Shown: positions 27,327 through 37,063, numbered from the stretch's first letter. The stretch: 64,000 bases of DNA from an uncultured Fibrobacteraceae bacterium (GCA_964461255.1 CAYWTR010000003.1:91144-155143); one strand, 5' to 3'. Numbers and translations are program-made. Notes: generated from the letters alone by a model not told the origin.

Positions 27327-30300
27327 TCCTCCAAGGGCGCCCGCGGCAGCACCACCACGGCAATGGCGCCCCCGCCCTCGCGGTTGCGCAGCGAGATGCG
27401 TCCGCCCATCTTGCCCAGGAGGCTGCGGCAGATCGCCAGGCCGAGACCCGTGCCCTTGCTCTTGGTGGAAAAATAAGGATCAAACAGGCGCGCAGCCACT
27501 TCCGGAGCCAGCCCCGGGCCGTTGTCCTCCCACAGCAGCGCGACCTCGCCGGCCTCGACCCGCCAGCCGACGCGCACCACCAGGGCGCCGGCCTCCCCGC
27601 ATGCCTGCAGACTGTTCTCCATCAGATTCCCGATCACCTTGCCCAGGGAATCGGCGTGTCCGAGAACCGCCGGCACCGCCCCCGCCGTGATCTCGACCCG
27701 CGGTCCCGCGCCCGCCGGCGTGGTGGGGGCGGCCTCCGCGCCGACGGGCGCGACGGCCGCGCCGCCGCCGTCGGCAGGCACCGCGACGATCTGCGCCCGG
27801 TAGCGCGCGGTCACCTCGCGGACCAGACCCGGCAGATCGAGGGGAGCGCAGACCAGATCCTCCGGCCTGCCCAGCAGGCTGAATTCGGTGGCGATGGTCC
27901 GCAGCAGGGAGACTTGTTGGAGAACCTGCTCCACTGTCTGCCGAATGATCTGGTCCAGATCCGCCGCGCGATCGCGGCGGGCCTGGTCCAGGAACTGGAC
28001 TGACAGCTGGATCGGCGTGAGCGGGTTCTTGATCTCATGCGCCACCTGGCGCGCCAGCTCGGCGTTCATCGCCAGGCGCTGGTTGGCCAGGAACTCGGTG
28101 ACGTCCTCAAATACCAGCATCGTGTCGTCGCGGCCGTCGGGCAGCCGCAGCGGCGCCAGCCTGATGCGCAGCGTGCGGCGCGTCTCGGGTTCGGTCAGCT
28201 CGCCGGCGCCGTGCGCGGCTCCGCCCAGCAGACGCCGGCACCGCTGCAGCAGATCGCGGGCGCTTTCCTGGCGCGCCTGCGCCGATTCGGCCGCCGACAC
28301 GCCCAGCAACGCCTGCGCGGCCTGGTTGAGCGCCGCCAATCCTTCTCCGGCGCCGAATATCGCCACGCCCACCGGCACACGGTCCAGCACGGTGGCGAGA
28401 AAACGCTCGCGTTGGGCCAACGCCCTCTGGGCCCGCTCCAGCTCGTCGCGCATGGAACGGAAGGCGGCGCTGAGCGCGCCCACCTCGTGCCGCCCCTCCT
28501 CGGGCAGCGGCGCCGTGTAATCGCCGGCGGCCAGCCGGCGCGTGGCCGTGACCAGCACCCGCACCGGCCCAAAGATGCGCCAGGTCAGCACCAGACCCAG
28601 CAGCGCCGTCGCCAGGAAGATCATGGTCGCCAGCCCAGCCAGGAGCAGGATGGTCTGCTCCCGTTGCCGCGCGAATTCACGTTCGCGCGCCGGGAAGGTG
28701 ACGGCCAGGACCGCCGGCACCGCGCGCCGGCGCAGCCCTTCCCCGTCCTGCTCCAGGGCGAGCGAGGGCAAGGCCTGCGCGCCCGTGAACGCCAGCCGCG
28801 TGCCCGGCGTCGCGGCGAGGTAGGGGCTGGCGGGGTGGCGCAACAGCCCGCGTCCCACCGCCGGCGGCATCAACAGCGGCGCGGCCCCGGAAAAGACGCG
28901 CGCGGGCTCGCTGCTCAGCACGGTCTCGCCGCCCACGCGCAGCGTGACTTCGCCCTGGACGATCTCCGCCAGGCCGCCCAACAGATCCGCGTCGACGCGC
29001 TGGCGGTAGAAGAACCAGCCGTTGGGGCGGCGTTCGGGATGTTGATCCACGCCCTCCGCATCTTCGTCGCCGACACCCGCGAACGCGTCCGGCGGCACCA
29101 CGTCCGACAGGTCGACCGGGATGGCCAGTCCCAGGAACAGGCTGCCCTCGTCGCGCATCACCACCAGGGGGCCCTCCCGGGCGCTGGCCAGAAGCAGCGC
29201 CGCCTCCGCGGCGTCCAGATCGCTCAGTGTTTCGTCGAGCAGCAGGCGGCCGTCGCCCGCGAACACCATGCCCTGCCGCGCCGCGTAAGGCCCGAGAGGG
29301 CGTTGGCCTGCCAGCCGGCTGGCCAGCAGGTCCGCGATGTACTCGCTGCCGGCCAGGGCGCGCGCCTGCTGCCCCAGCAGTCCCTGCAGCTGGGCCAGCG
29401 CGGCCTCCAGTCCGTCGCGCGTCTGGTCGCGCGCGGCGTCGGCGAGGCCGCGTAGGGTCAGGCGATCGACGAAGCTGCCGGCCAGCAGCAGCGGCAGCAA
29501 TCCCAGCAGCAGGGTGGCCAGGAGGATGCGTTCCTGGAAGCCGAGCACGGCCGCGTCGCGTCGCATCGCCAACCGCGCCAGCAGCGGTGGGCAGGCCAGC
29601 GCGCCCAGAAGCAGCAGGCTGAGCAGCAGCAGACGCGAGACGTCGAGCAGGCGGTCCACGAGGCTGGGGATCTCCAGACCGATCAGGTATCCCTCGCCCG
29701 GGTGACCCGCGGCCGGCTGCGGCGCCGCCTTCCAGAGGCAGCGATAGACGGTGCTCCCGATGCGCACCTTGCCGCCGCGCGCCGCCCCGTCGCGCAGCGA
29801 CTCGACCACGGCGGCCGGCGGCAGCTCGGGGAATTGCGCCGGCCCGGCATCGAGCCACCCGGTGGCGTCGCCCCGGAGCAGCAGCAGAGGCCGGTCGATC
29901 TCGGCCCGGGGTTGATACGAGCCTGTCGCGGGCTCGACGGCGCCCCCCTCCAACCTCGCCAGCAGAGTGCGCAGGCGTCGCGAGTGCAGCGGCAGTTCGA
30001 GCCGGATCCACCCCGGCCGATCCAGTCGGGGCGCCTCGCCCCGCATGATCACTTCTTCCCCGCCCGGGTAGCGGCGCCTTTCCGTCTGCAGCAGGAACGC
30101 CTCCGCCGTGGACCACTCCGACCGGCCGGCGACCTCGTAGCCGTAGTCGCGGAAGAAACCCGCCGCGAACAGGCTCTCAACCCTCCCGCCGGCGTCGACG
30201 ATCTCGACCAGGCAGGGCAGTCCCAGATCGTGGATCGCGCTGCGCCGCCACAGTTCGTAGGCCGGCCAATCCTGCCACAGGTCGCCGCTGCCGGGCGTGA

Positions 30301-32161
30301 TGCGGGACGCCTGCGGCAACGCCTCCGTCTCGGCGGCCTGCATGTCGGCCAGAGCGTCCTCGAGCAGGAAGCTCATCAGCTCCTCCTGCGGCTGGACGAT
30401 CTCATCTCCCTTGCGCTGGAGCCAGGCGGCCTCGGCGCGGCCATAGGCCTCGGCCAACCCGCCGTAATTCCAAAGCACCGCCGCCAACAGGGGCGCCAGC
30501 AAGGCCAGCCGCCGCAGCTCCGCCGCCTCGGCCCGGGCCAGAGCGGCCCCCGCCCACAGCAGCGCGACCAGTGACGGCAGCAGAAAACGGGTGGCGGCCG
30601 ACATGCCGGGCAGCGCCAGCGCCGCGGCGAGGGCCAGGCCCAGTGAGACCGCGGCCACCAGGCCGCCGCGGGCCGTTCTGAGCATCCCCGCCGCGGACGT
30701 CTGCACCAGCAGGGCGGCGCCGCCGGCGAACAACAGCAGCGCCAGGTGGAGCACCCAGAAGGACAGGAAGCGGAACGGCGCTCGGGGGCCGATCAGGCGC
30801 GGGTTCGCGTTCTCCACAAAGGTGAACACCAGCTCGCGCAACGCCAGCAGCGCGGGAGCGGCGGCCAGCGCGCAGAGCAGAGGCAGCCAGCGCGGGCGCG
30901 TCTGCCCCGGGTCAGGCCGCGACCATCGCGCAGCAAGCGTCAGCGCCGTCAAGGCGAAGACAGCAGCGGTCACCGCGGCGTCGGCCGCCGAGGCGAACAA
31001 TCCGGCCGCCGCGGTCGTGGCGAAGTAGGCTGGATCCACCAGGCTCGCCCATTCGGCCGTGCGCGCGGGCGATTGCCCCCTGGGGAAGGCGGCGTGCGCC
31101 CAGCGCGGCAAATCCACCGCCACCAGGAGGCCGCGCGCCACCCAGGCCGCGGCCAGCAGACCCATCTGGCCCAGGGCTGCCCGACCCCAGGCCAGGGCGC
31201 TGGCCGACCAGCACAGCAGTCCCAGCAGCAGAGCGCGCGCCGAGGCCCGCCGGGCCTGCTCCGCGGCGGGCGGACCCTGCGCGGTCACGCGCAGCGCCAC
31301 GGCCGCGCCCTCGGCAGTCGCATCGGGCAGCGGCAGCTCCACGCTGGAGCTGGCGAGAATCCCGGCGAAGGCCGGGGGCACAGCCGGATCGCGGCCGGTC
31401 ACGATCTCGCGGCGCAACCGGCGGGCTTCTGCGGCCGCCGGAACAGGCGGGTCACCGAAGCCGTGGCGCGGTTCCGCGGTCGGCGCCAGGCGTGCCTGCA
31501 ACTCCAGGACATGATCGCCGCCGGAGCGCGAGAGGGTCTTGAACCGCCGCCAGTACCACGCTTCGCGTCCCGCCTCGACCCAGCCCCAGGCAGTGGGGCC
31601 GGCGGGCGCGGGCGGCGGCAGAGGGGCGACCCGCTCTCCCCAGGCCACGCGTTCTCCGCTCAGCCAGATGGCGACGCCCAGCGGATACGCCCCCCCGCCA
31701 GGACCGGCCTTCTGCCAGAGCGTTTCCAGATCGCGCGCCAGATCGAAGGGGTCGGCCACGGTCCGCGCCGCGGCCACCTCCGCCAGATCATTCAGCGCCG
31801 ATTCAAGCTGCGCGACGGCGCCGCGCTCCGATGCAGCCGCCGCTTCCAGGGCCTGCCGGTGCGCCGCTTCGTCCGGCCCGCCGCCCTCCTGCAGCGCCCA
31901 GCCCATCGCGGCCAGCAGCAAGGCGGCCTGCAGCGCCGCCAGGAGACGCCAGGCCGCGCGGCGGGCGCCGGCAAGGGAGAATGCCGGCCGCCAGGCGGCG
32001 GCGACGGTTCCCAACGCGGCCGCGGCCGTCAGGATGGCGGGCAGCGTTCCCGTTCCCTTGCCCTGGCCACCCGTCAATAGGAAAGCCGCCCCCTGGAGCG
32101 ACAGGAAGAGGGCGGCAGCCAACTCGGGCGCGTGCGACCTCAAGGCGCGGCGACGGTTCAC
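27323..32161 (-). CDS. Giant (1612 aa) polytopic HAMP/PAS sensor histidine kinase, NtrY-like
   Basis: Many TM segments; HAMP (PVRVLVTATRRLAAGDY); PAS (LDRVPVGVAIF); ARQVAHEIKNPLTPIQLS; NLMENS; EDNGPG; YFSTKSKGTGLGL. Confidence 0.9.
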   Translation of the reverse strand: MNRRRALRSHAPELAAALFLSLQGAAFLLTGGQGKGTGTLPAILTAAAALGTVAAAWRPAFSLAGARRAAWRLLAALQAALLLAAMGWALQEGGGPDEAAHRQALEAAAASERGAVAQLESALNDLAEVAAARTVADPFDLARDLETLWQKAGPGGGAYPLGVAIWLSGERVAWGERVAPLPPPAPAGPTAWGWVEAGREAWYWRRFKTLSRSGGDHVLELQARLAPTAEPRHGFGDPPVPAAAEARRLRREIVTGRDPAVPPAFAGILASSSVELPLPDATAEGAAVALRVTAQGPPAAEQARRASARALLLGLLCWSASALAWGRAALGQMGLLAAAWVARGLLVAVDLPRWAHAAFPRGQSPARTAEWASLVDPAYFATTAAAGLFASAADAAVTAAVFALTALTLAARWSRPDPGQTRPRWLPLLCALAAAPALLALRELVFTFVENANPRLIGPRAPFRFLSFWVLHLALLLFAGGAALLVQTSAAGMLRTARGGLVAAVSLGLALAAALALPGMSAATRFLLPSLVALLWAGAALARAEAAELRRLALLAPLLAAVLWNYGGLAEAYGRAEAAWLQRKGDEIVQPQEELMSFLLEDALADMQAAETEALPQASRITPGSGDLWQDWPAYELWRRSAIHDLGLPCLVEIVDAGGRVESLFAAGFFRDYGYEVAGRSEWSTAEAFLLQTERRRYPGGEEVIMRGEAPRLDRPGWIRLELPLHSRRLRTLLARLEGGAVEPATGSYQPRAEIDRPLLLLRGDATGWLDAGPAQFPELPPAAVVESLRDGAARGGKVRIGSTVYRCLWKAAPQPAAGHPGEGYLIGLEIPSLVDRLLDVSRLLLLSLLLLGALACPPLLARLAMRRDAAVLGFQERILLATLLLGLLPLLLAGSFVDRLTLRGLADAARDQTRDGLEAALAQLQGLLGQQARALAGSEYIADLLASRLAGQRPLGPYAARQGMVFAGDGRLLLDETLSDLDAAEAALLLASAREGPLVVMRDEGSLFLGLAIPVDLSDVVPPDAFAGVGDEDAEGVDQHPERRPNGWFFYRQRVDADLLGGLAEIVQGEVTLRVGGETVLSSEPARVFSGAAPLLMPPAVGRGLLRHPASPYLAATPGTRLAFTGAQALPSLALEQDGEGLRRRAVPAVLAVTFPAREREFARQREQTILLLAGLATMIFLATALLGLVLTWRIFGPVRVLVTATRRLAAGDYTAPLPEEGRHEVGALSAAFRSMRDELERAQRALAQRERFLATVLDRVPVGVAIFGAGEGLAALNQAAQALLGVSAAESAQARQESARDLLQRCRRLLGGAAHGAGELTEPETRRTLRIRLAPLRLPDGRDDTMLVFEDVTEFLANQRLAMNAELARQVAHEIKNPLTPIQLSVQFLDQARRDRAADLDQIIRQTVEQVLQQVSLLRTIATEFSLLGRPEDLVCAPLDLPGLVREVTARYRAQIVAVPADGGGAAVAPVGAEAAPTTPAGAGPRVEITAGAVPAVLGHADSLGKVIGNLMENSLQACGEAGALVVRVGWRVEAGEVALLWEDNGPGLAPEVAARLFDPYFSTKSKGTGLGLAICRSLLGKMGGRISLRNREGGGAIAVVVLPRAPLEE

Positions 32162-32186
32162 CCCGGCTCCTCCCGCGGCGGCCGTT

Positions 32187-32747
32187 TCAGCGCACCGCGC
32201 GCACGCCGGTCAATCCCCAGCGCGATTCGCCCCGCACCAGCGTAAGCAGCAGGCGTTCGGTGCGGACCTCGGCCGCACCGCTGCGGCGGCACTCCCATTC
32301 GGCGACGGCGTGCACGAGACCGCTCTGACCCTCCTGCCGCACGCGGAGAATCCGGAAGGCATCCTGCTCCGTGGCCTGGAACAGATTCTTGAAAAGGTAG
32401 AATGCCTGGCTGGGGCTGTAGTGGTTGCGCGCTCCGCTGGTGGATCCGATCGCGATCTCCGCGCCCTCGCTGGCAACCATGGCCGCCAGCGCCGCATGGT
32501 CCTCCGCCAGCCAGGCGCGGGCCAGCGCTTCCAGCGCCGGCCGCGCCTCTCCGCTGGCGGCGCCCCCCGCCGCGCAGAGGCCCGCCGGCGGACCGGCCAG
32601 GGTCAGGGCGCACAGGCAGGCGGCGGCAACGGCGAGGGCGCCGAAGCGAGAGTGAGGCGTGGGCGGCGCTGCGGTGGGCAAGGGAAACTCCTCGGCGCGG
32701 GCGGAAGACGGACGGGACGAGCTGAAGGCCAAAGTCACGAGCGGCAA
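32187..32747 (-). CDS. Hypothetical exported protein, DUF4783/NTF2-like
   Basis: Hydrophobic signal-like segment, then A..W...D...L and YSPSQAFYLFKNLF, resembling DUF4783 (recalled, not searched). Start uncertain. Confidence 0.55.
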   Translation of the reverse strand: MPLVTLAFSSSRPSSARAEEFPLPTAAPPTPHSRFGALAVAAACLCALTLAGPPAGLCAAGGAASGEARPALEALARAWLAEDHAALAAMVASEGAEIAIGSTSGARNHYSPSQAFYLFKNLFQATEQDAFRILRVRQEGQSGLVHAVAEWECRRSGAAEVRTERLLLTLVRGESRWGLTGVRAVR

Positions 32748-32917
32748 GCTCCATGCCAGCTCGCTGGCTCGCGCTCCCCCCTTCTAATCGTAGCGGATCG
32801 GCCGGTCCGCGGAAAGGGCCGGCAGAGCGCGTGCCGCAAATTGGCCATCCTGGCCCTCCGGGTGGACAGGCCGCAGAGTAGTTCCTTGCCCGCACCGCGG
32901 CGGCCTGCCTTGCGCGC

Positions 32918-32953
32918 AGAGAAACGGGGCGCGCTCCCGCGGGACCGCGCCCC
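32918..32953 (-). terminator. Intrinsic terminator after secF
   Basis: GGGGCGCG...CGCGCCCC stem followed by GTTTCTCT on the minus strand, just downstream of the secF stop. Confidence 0.55.
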
Positions 32954-32986
32954 GGCCAACGGGCCGACGCATCCGCTCCAGCCGTC

Positions 32987-33910
32987 CTACATGGCGGGCT
33001 GCACCGCGCCGCGCTTGCTGGTGACGCGCCGCTCGGTCCACCAGATCAGGATCGGGGAGGCGATGAAGATCGACGAGAAGGTGCCGATCAGCACGCCGAA
33101 GCTCAGACAGAAGGCGAAGTCCCTGATCACCGGGCCGCCCAGGAAGTAGAGAGCCAGCGAGGCGAGCAGCGTCGTGCCGGCGGTCAGGATGGTGCGGCTG
33201 AGGGTGTCGTTGATCGACCGGTTGCAGACCTCGCGGTAGGACTCCTTCCGGCGCTGGCGCATGTTCTCCCGGATGCGGTCGAAGACGACGATGGTGTCGT
33301 TGAGCGAGTAGCCGATGATCGTCAGGAAGGCCGCGATGATGCTGAGCGAGATCTCTTTGTTCAGCAGCGAGAAAACGCCCAGCGTGATGATCACGTCGTG
33401 CAACGTGGCCAGGATGGCGGCGATGCTGTAGCGGAACACGAATCGCACCGTGATGTAGAGCACGATCAGCAGGCAGGCGGCGAGCACCGAGTTGGCGGCG
33501 GAAGTCTTGAGCTCGCCGCCGATCTTCGGCCCCACCGTCTCCTCGCGCCGCATCTCCACGGTGGCCCCGCCCAGTTTTTCAACCAGCGCCTGGCGCATCC
33601 GCTCCGCCGCGCCCACCCCGCCTTCGGCGACGGCGGGGAGGGTGAGCAGGAATTCGTCCTCGTCGCCGAAGTCCTGCACCTGAGCCTCGGCGAAGCCCGC
33701 CTCGGCCATGATGGCGCGGATCCGCCCGATATCGGGAGTGGGAGTGATCTGCACCTGCAACATGGTCCCGCCCGTGAAATCGATGCTCCAGCGCGGGCCG
33801 CCCTTGACCGCCAGCGAGATCGCCCCCGCCAGGATCACGATGAGCGACAGGATGAAGGCGGTCTTGGCCCTGCCGACGAAATCGATGTTGGTATTGCGAA
33901 ATAACTGCAT
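32987..33910 (-). CDS. secF: Protein translocase subunit SecF
   Basis: IDFTGGT, VGPKIGGEL, HDVIITL, IGYSLNDTIVVFDRIREN and TLSRTILT. Confidence 0.97.
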   Translation of the reverse strand: MQLFRNTNIDFVGRAKTAFILSLIVILAGAISLAVKGGPRWSIDFTGGTMLQVQITPTPDIGRIRAIMAEAGFAEAQVQDFGDEDEFLLTLPAVAEGGVGAAERMRQALVEKLGGATVEMRREETVGPKIGGELKTSAANSVLAACLLIVLYITVRFVFRYSIAAILATLHDVIITLGVFSLLNKEISLSIIAAFLTIIGYSLNDTIVVFDRIRENMRQRRKESYREVCNRSINDTLSRTILTAGTTLLASLALYFLGGPVIRDFAFCLSFGVLIGTFSSIFIASPILIWWTERRVTSKRGAVQPAM

Positions 33911-33998
33911 GTCCTGCTCCGGGTTCGCTCGTCTTGCCGGGCGCGCACGGGGCGCGCCGCCGGTTTGCCCTTCGCCGCCGCATCCCGCAGGCGCGGCC

Positions 33999-35687
33999 TC
34001 AGATGCTCAGCTTCGTGCGCCGCGGATCGCGCGTCAGCGCCTCCATGATCACACGGGTCATGACCAGCGCCGTGAAGACGCTGGTGACCACGCCGATGCT
34101 CAGGGTCACCGCGAACCCCTTGATGGGGCCGGTGCCGAACCAGAGCAGGATCACCGAGGTGATCAGCGTGGTGATGTTGGCGTCGAGGATCGTGCGCGTC
34201 GCGTTCGCGTAGCCCGAATCGACTGCCGCGCGCACCGTCTTGTTCTTGCGCAGCTCCTCGCGGATGCGCTCGTTGATCAGCACGTTGGCGTCGACCGCCA
34301 TGCCGACCGTCAGCACGATGCCGGCGATGCCAGGCAGCGTCAAGACCAGCCCGAACTGCGCCAGCACGGCCATCATGACCAGCATATTGACCACCAGGGC
34401 GGCGATGGCGATCAGGCCGGTGGCCTGGTAGTAGATCAGAATGAAGATCACGACGAGCACGGCCCCGATCAGACCGGCGTTGAGCCCCTGGCGGATCGAA
34501 TCGCGGCCGAGGCCCGGCCCTACCGTGCGCTCCTCCTCGATGCGCACGTTGGTCGGCAGCGCGCCGGCGCGCAGCAAGAGCGCCAGGTCGCTGGCTTCCT
34601 CGCTGGTGAAGCTGCCGGAAATCGAGGCCCGTCCGCTGGGGATCTTGCCGCGGATCACCGGGGCCGAGGCGACGCTGCCGTCGAGCGTGATCGCCAGGTG
34701 CCGGCCGATGTTCTCGCCGGTGACCTTGGAGAACTTGCGCGCGCCTTTGCGGTCGAGGCTCATCTCGACCTGCCAGCCGCCCGGCCGCTCCGGATCGGGG
34801 GCGGTGCGGGCGGAGGTGAGTTCGCCGCCTTCCACGTGCGCCTCGGCGTTGAGCACGTAGAGCGGCCGGCCGCGCAGCCCGGAACCGACATTGACAAGCT
34901 CGCGGTCGAACATCAGCACGACGTTCTTGGGAATCACCCGTGCCTCGGGAGCCGCCAGCATGCGTTGCACGCGCGGCAGATCTTCCGCCGCGACGAAGAG
35001 CGGCGTGCCGTGCATCCGGCTGACATTGGGGTCATTGGTGACGTAAGCCGAGAATGGGTGGTCCAGCACCCACGGATCGTCCTCCAGCCGCTCGCCGGCG
35101 GCCACGGGCGCCGGCAGCTCGCCCAGAGGCCCCGTCAGCGCTGTGTCGGTTGCGGCGGCTCCAGGCTCGACCTCCGGCTCGGCCTGTCCCGCATCGCGCT
35201 GGCGGGTGGTCTTGAAAGCCTCGTCCAGACGCGCCAGCAGGCCGGCGACCTCGTCCTCCGGGCGCACCAGCCGGAACTCCAGCCTGGCGGTCTGTCCGAT
35301 CAGATTCTTGGCGCGCTCGGGATCCTGCAAACCGGGCAGCTGCACGATGATGCGGCTCGTGCCCTGCGTCTGGATGATCGGCTCGCTGACGCCGAACTGG
35401 TTGACGCGGTTGCTGATGATCTCCACCACGCGGGCCAGGGCGTCGCGCGCCTGGTCGTGCGTCAACCCCTCCTCGTCGATCTCGAGCACCAGGTGCATCC
35501 CGCCCTGCAGGTCGAGACCGCGGCGGATCGCCTTCTGTTCTATCCTCGCGATCCGCTCGGCCTGCGCCGGATCAGCGCGGTCGGCCGCCGTGATCGACAT
35601 GGCCTGGAAGGTCGGGACAAGCAGGAAGATCGACAGGAGGATCACGCCGGCGCAGAGGGCGGCTCTGATCTGGAGCGAACGGCTCAT
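33999..35687 (-). CDS. secD: Protein translocase subunit SecD
   Basis: GLDLQGG, RVNQFGVSEPII, VGPGLGRDSI, LTLPGIAGIVLTVGMAVDANVLINERIREE and IKGFAVTL. Confidence 0.97.
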   Translation of the reverse strand: MSRSLQIRAALCAGVILLSIFLLVPTFQAMSITAADRADPAQAERIARIEQKAIRRGLDLQGGMHLVLEIDEEGLTHDQARDALARVVEIISNRVNQFGVSEPIIQTQGTSRIIVQLPGLQDPERAKNLIGQTARLEFRLVRPEDEVAGLLARLDEAFKTTRQRDAGQAEPEVEPGAAATDTALTGPLGELPAPVAAGERLEDDPWVLDHPFSAYVTNDPNVSRMHGTPLFVAAEDLPRVQRMLAAPEARVIPKNVVLMFDRELVNVGSGLRGRPLYVLNAEAHVEGGELTSARTAPDPERPGGWQVEMSLDRKGARKFSKVTGENIGRHLAITLDGSVASAPVIRGKIPSGRASISGSFTSEEASDLALLLRAGALPTNVRIEEERTVGPGLGRDSIRQGLNAGLIGAVLVVIFILIYYQATGLIAIAALVVNMLVMMAVLAQFGLVLTLPGIAGIVLTVGMAVDANVLINERIREELRKNKTVRAAVDSGYANATRTILDANITTLITSVILLWFGTGPIKGFAVTLSIGVVTSVFTALVMTRVIMEALTRDPRRTKLSI

Positions 35688-35758
35688 GGAACCCTTCTCC
35701 ACGATGCGTCCGGACGTGCACCGTATGCGGCGCCGGGCCGGACTCGCGCACAGAACAT

Positions 35759-35783
35759 AAAAAAAGACGCTGCGATGCGCGTC
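35759..35783 (-). terminator. Weak terminator-like hairpin plus U7 tract inside the secD 5' leader
   Basis: GACGC-N8-GCGTC followed by TTTTTTT on the minus strand, between the promoter and the secD start. Confidence 0.45.
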
Positions 35784-35853
35784 CTCGCGGCGCGCGGCCG
35801 GCCAGATCGAGACGCAGTTGCGGGGCCGCTCTACCGCCGCATGGCAACGTACC

Positions 35854-35881
35854 AGTATAGCATCCAGAAAGCCCCTGTCAA
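35854..35881 (-). promoter_or_regulatory. sigma70 promoter for secDF
   Basis: Minus-strand TTGACA-16 nt-TATACT, near consensus. Confidence 0.75.
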
Positions 35882-35924
35882 TCCGGGATGCGCATTCCCG
35901 GGCGAGCCGCGCGGCAGGGGGCGA

Positions 35925-37001
35925 TCAGTCGGGCGCGACCTCGCGCAGCCGGTAATGGCGGCTGCCAAGGCCGATCGCCTCCCCATGGGCCAGCTGCCAC
36001 TGCGGCGCATAATCCAGGCCGCACCAAGCCTCAAGACTGCGTCCCGTGCGCCGCGCCACCAGATCGCAGCAGGCCTGATCAGCCGCCACCGGATCGCTGG
36101 CGGCCATCAGCCCCAGGTCCGGGAAGAGGGGCGGACCGGGAGGGTGGAATCCGCCGTCGCCCGACGTCACCCGCAGCAGGAAGGTGAGGCAGGCCAAACG
36201 ATCGAGCTTGCCGGAGACAGCCCCGAGCGCATGCTCGGCCATCCTTTCCTGCAGCAGGCGGGTGTGAGCGGCGTGATCGCGGCGGATCGCCTCGAAATAG
36301 CAGGCGCCCAGGCATTCGCCGCAGGCATTGCAGAGCTGCGCCGCGATCGCCGCGCGGGCACCGTCGTGGCTGATCGCCTGCTGCCCACAGGCGGCGACGC
36401 AGACACCGCAACCCCCACAGTGCGCGGGATCGATGGTCGGGGGCACGGCCATCTGCTGGCGCCGCCAGCCGTCGCGCGACGCCAGGCCCAATCCCAGGCT
36501 GGCGATCGCCGCGGTCAGCACCGCGCCGGCATGCCCCCGCAGGCTGCTCACGTTGACAATGGCCGCCGCCTTGGCCGCGGCCGCCGCAACCTCGACACGG
36601 TCGTAATGCCGACCGGCGATGGGCACCTCGACGACCGCCTCGCCCTGCAGGCCGTCGGCGACCATGAACGGCGCGCCCACCGCCTCCAGCGTGAAACCGC
36701 GCGTGGCGGCCAGCTTGAGCTGCCGCACGGCATCGCCCCGGCCGGCAGCGTAGGCGGCGCCCCCCTCCGTCAGGAACGGTTGCGCCCCGGCGGCGGCGAG
36801 GCGGTCGACAACGGGACGGATCCAGGGCGCGGCCAGCGGCGCCGCTGCCCCCCCTGCTCCCAGGGAGACCTTGACGGCGACGAGCGCCCCGCGCGGCAAT
36901 CTGGACGTCAGCCCCAGCAGGTCATACATTCGCGCGATCTTGGCCCCGATCGTGTAGGGGCCTTCATTCGCCGCCGCGGGCATGAAATAGACATCGGTCA
37001 A
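35925..37001 (-). CDS. DUF362/COG2768-type Fe-S protein with a 2x[4Fe-4S] ferredoxin module
   Basis: VAVKVSLG, PFLTE, PFMVADGL.G, CGGCGVCVAAC, CNACGECLGAC and ASDPVAADQACCD; TTG start with GGAGG 6 nt upstream. Confidence 0.8.
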   Translation of the reverse strand: MTDVYFMPAAANEGPYTIGAKIARMYDLLGLTSRLPRGALVAVKVSLGAGGAAAPLAAPWIRPVVDRLAAAGAQPFLTEGGAAYAAGRGDAVRQLKLAATRGFTLEAVGAPFMVADGLQGEAVVEVPIAGRHYDRVEVAAAAAKAAAIVNVSSLRGHAGAVLTAAIASLGLGLASRDGWRRQQMAVPPTIDPAHCGGCGVCVAACGQQAISHDGARAAIAAQLCNACGECLGACYFEAIRRDHAAHTRLLQERMAEHALGAVSGKLDRLACLTFLLRVTSGDGGFHPPGPPLFPDLGLMAASDPVAADQACCDLVARRTGRSLEAWCGLDYAPQWQLAHGEAIGLGSRHYRLREVAPD

Positions 37002-37063
37002 CGCAAGCCTCCGCGCGATGCCCGGCATCCGGCGGCGCGCTCCGCCAATCTAGGGTGAGGCGA

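Noticed and set aside
32822-32836. sigma54-like motif CGGCACG-N4-CTGC upstream of the DUF4783-kinase operon
   Set aside because: It mismatches at both conserved ends and such motifs arise easily by chance in GC-rich DNA, so it was not listed as a feature.
35688-36034. VemP/ApdP-like arrest peptide upstream of secD
   Set aside because: No ORF with a signal peptide or a RAPP/RAGP-like C-terminus ends near the secD RBS.
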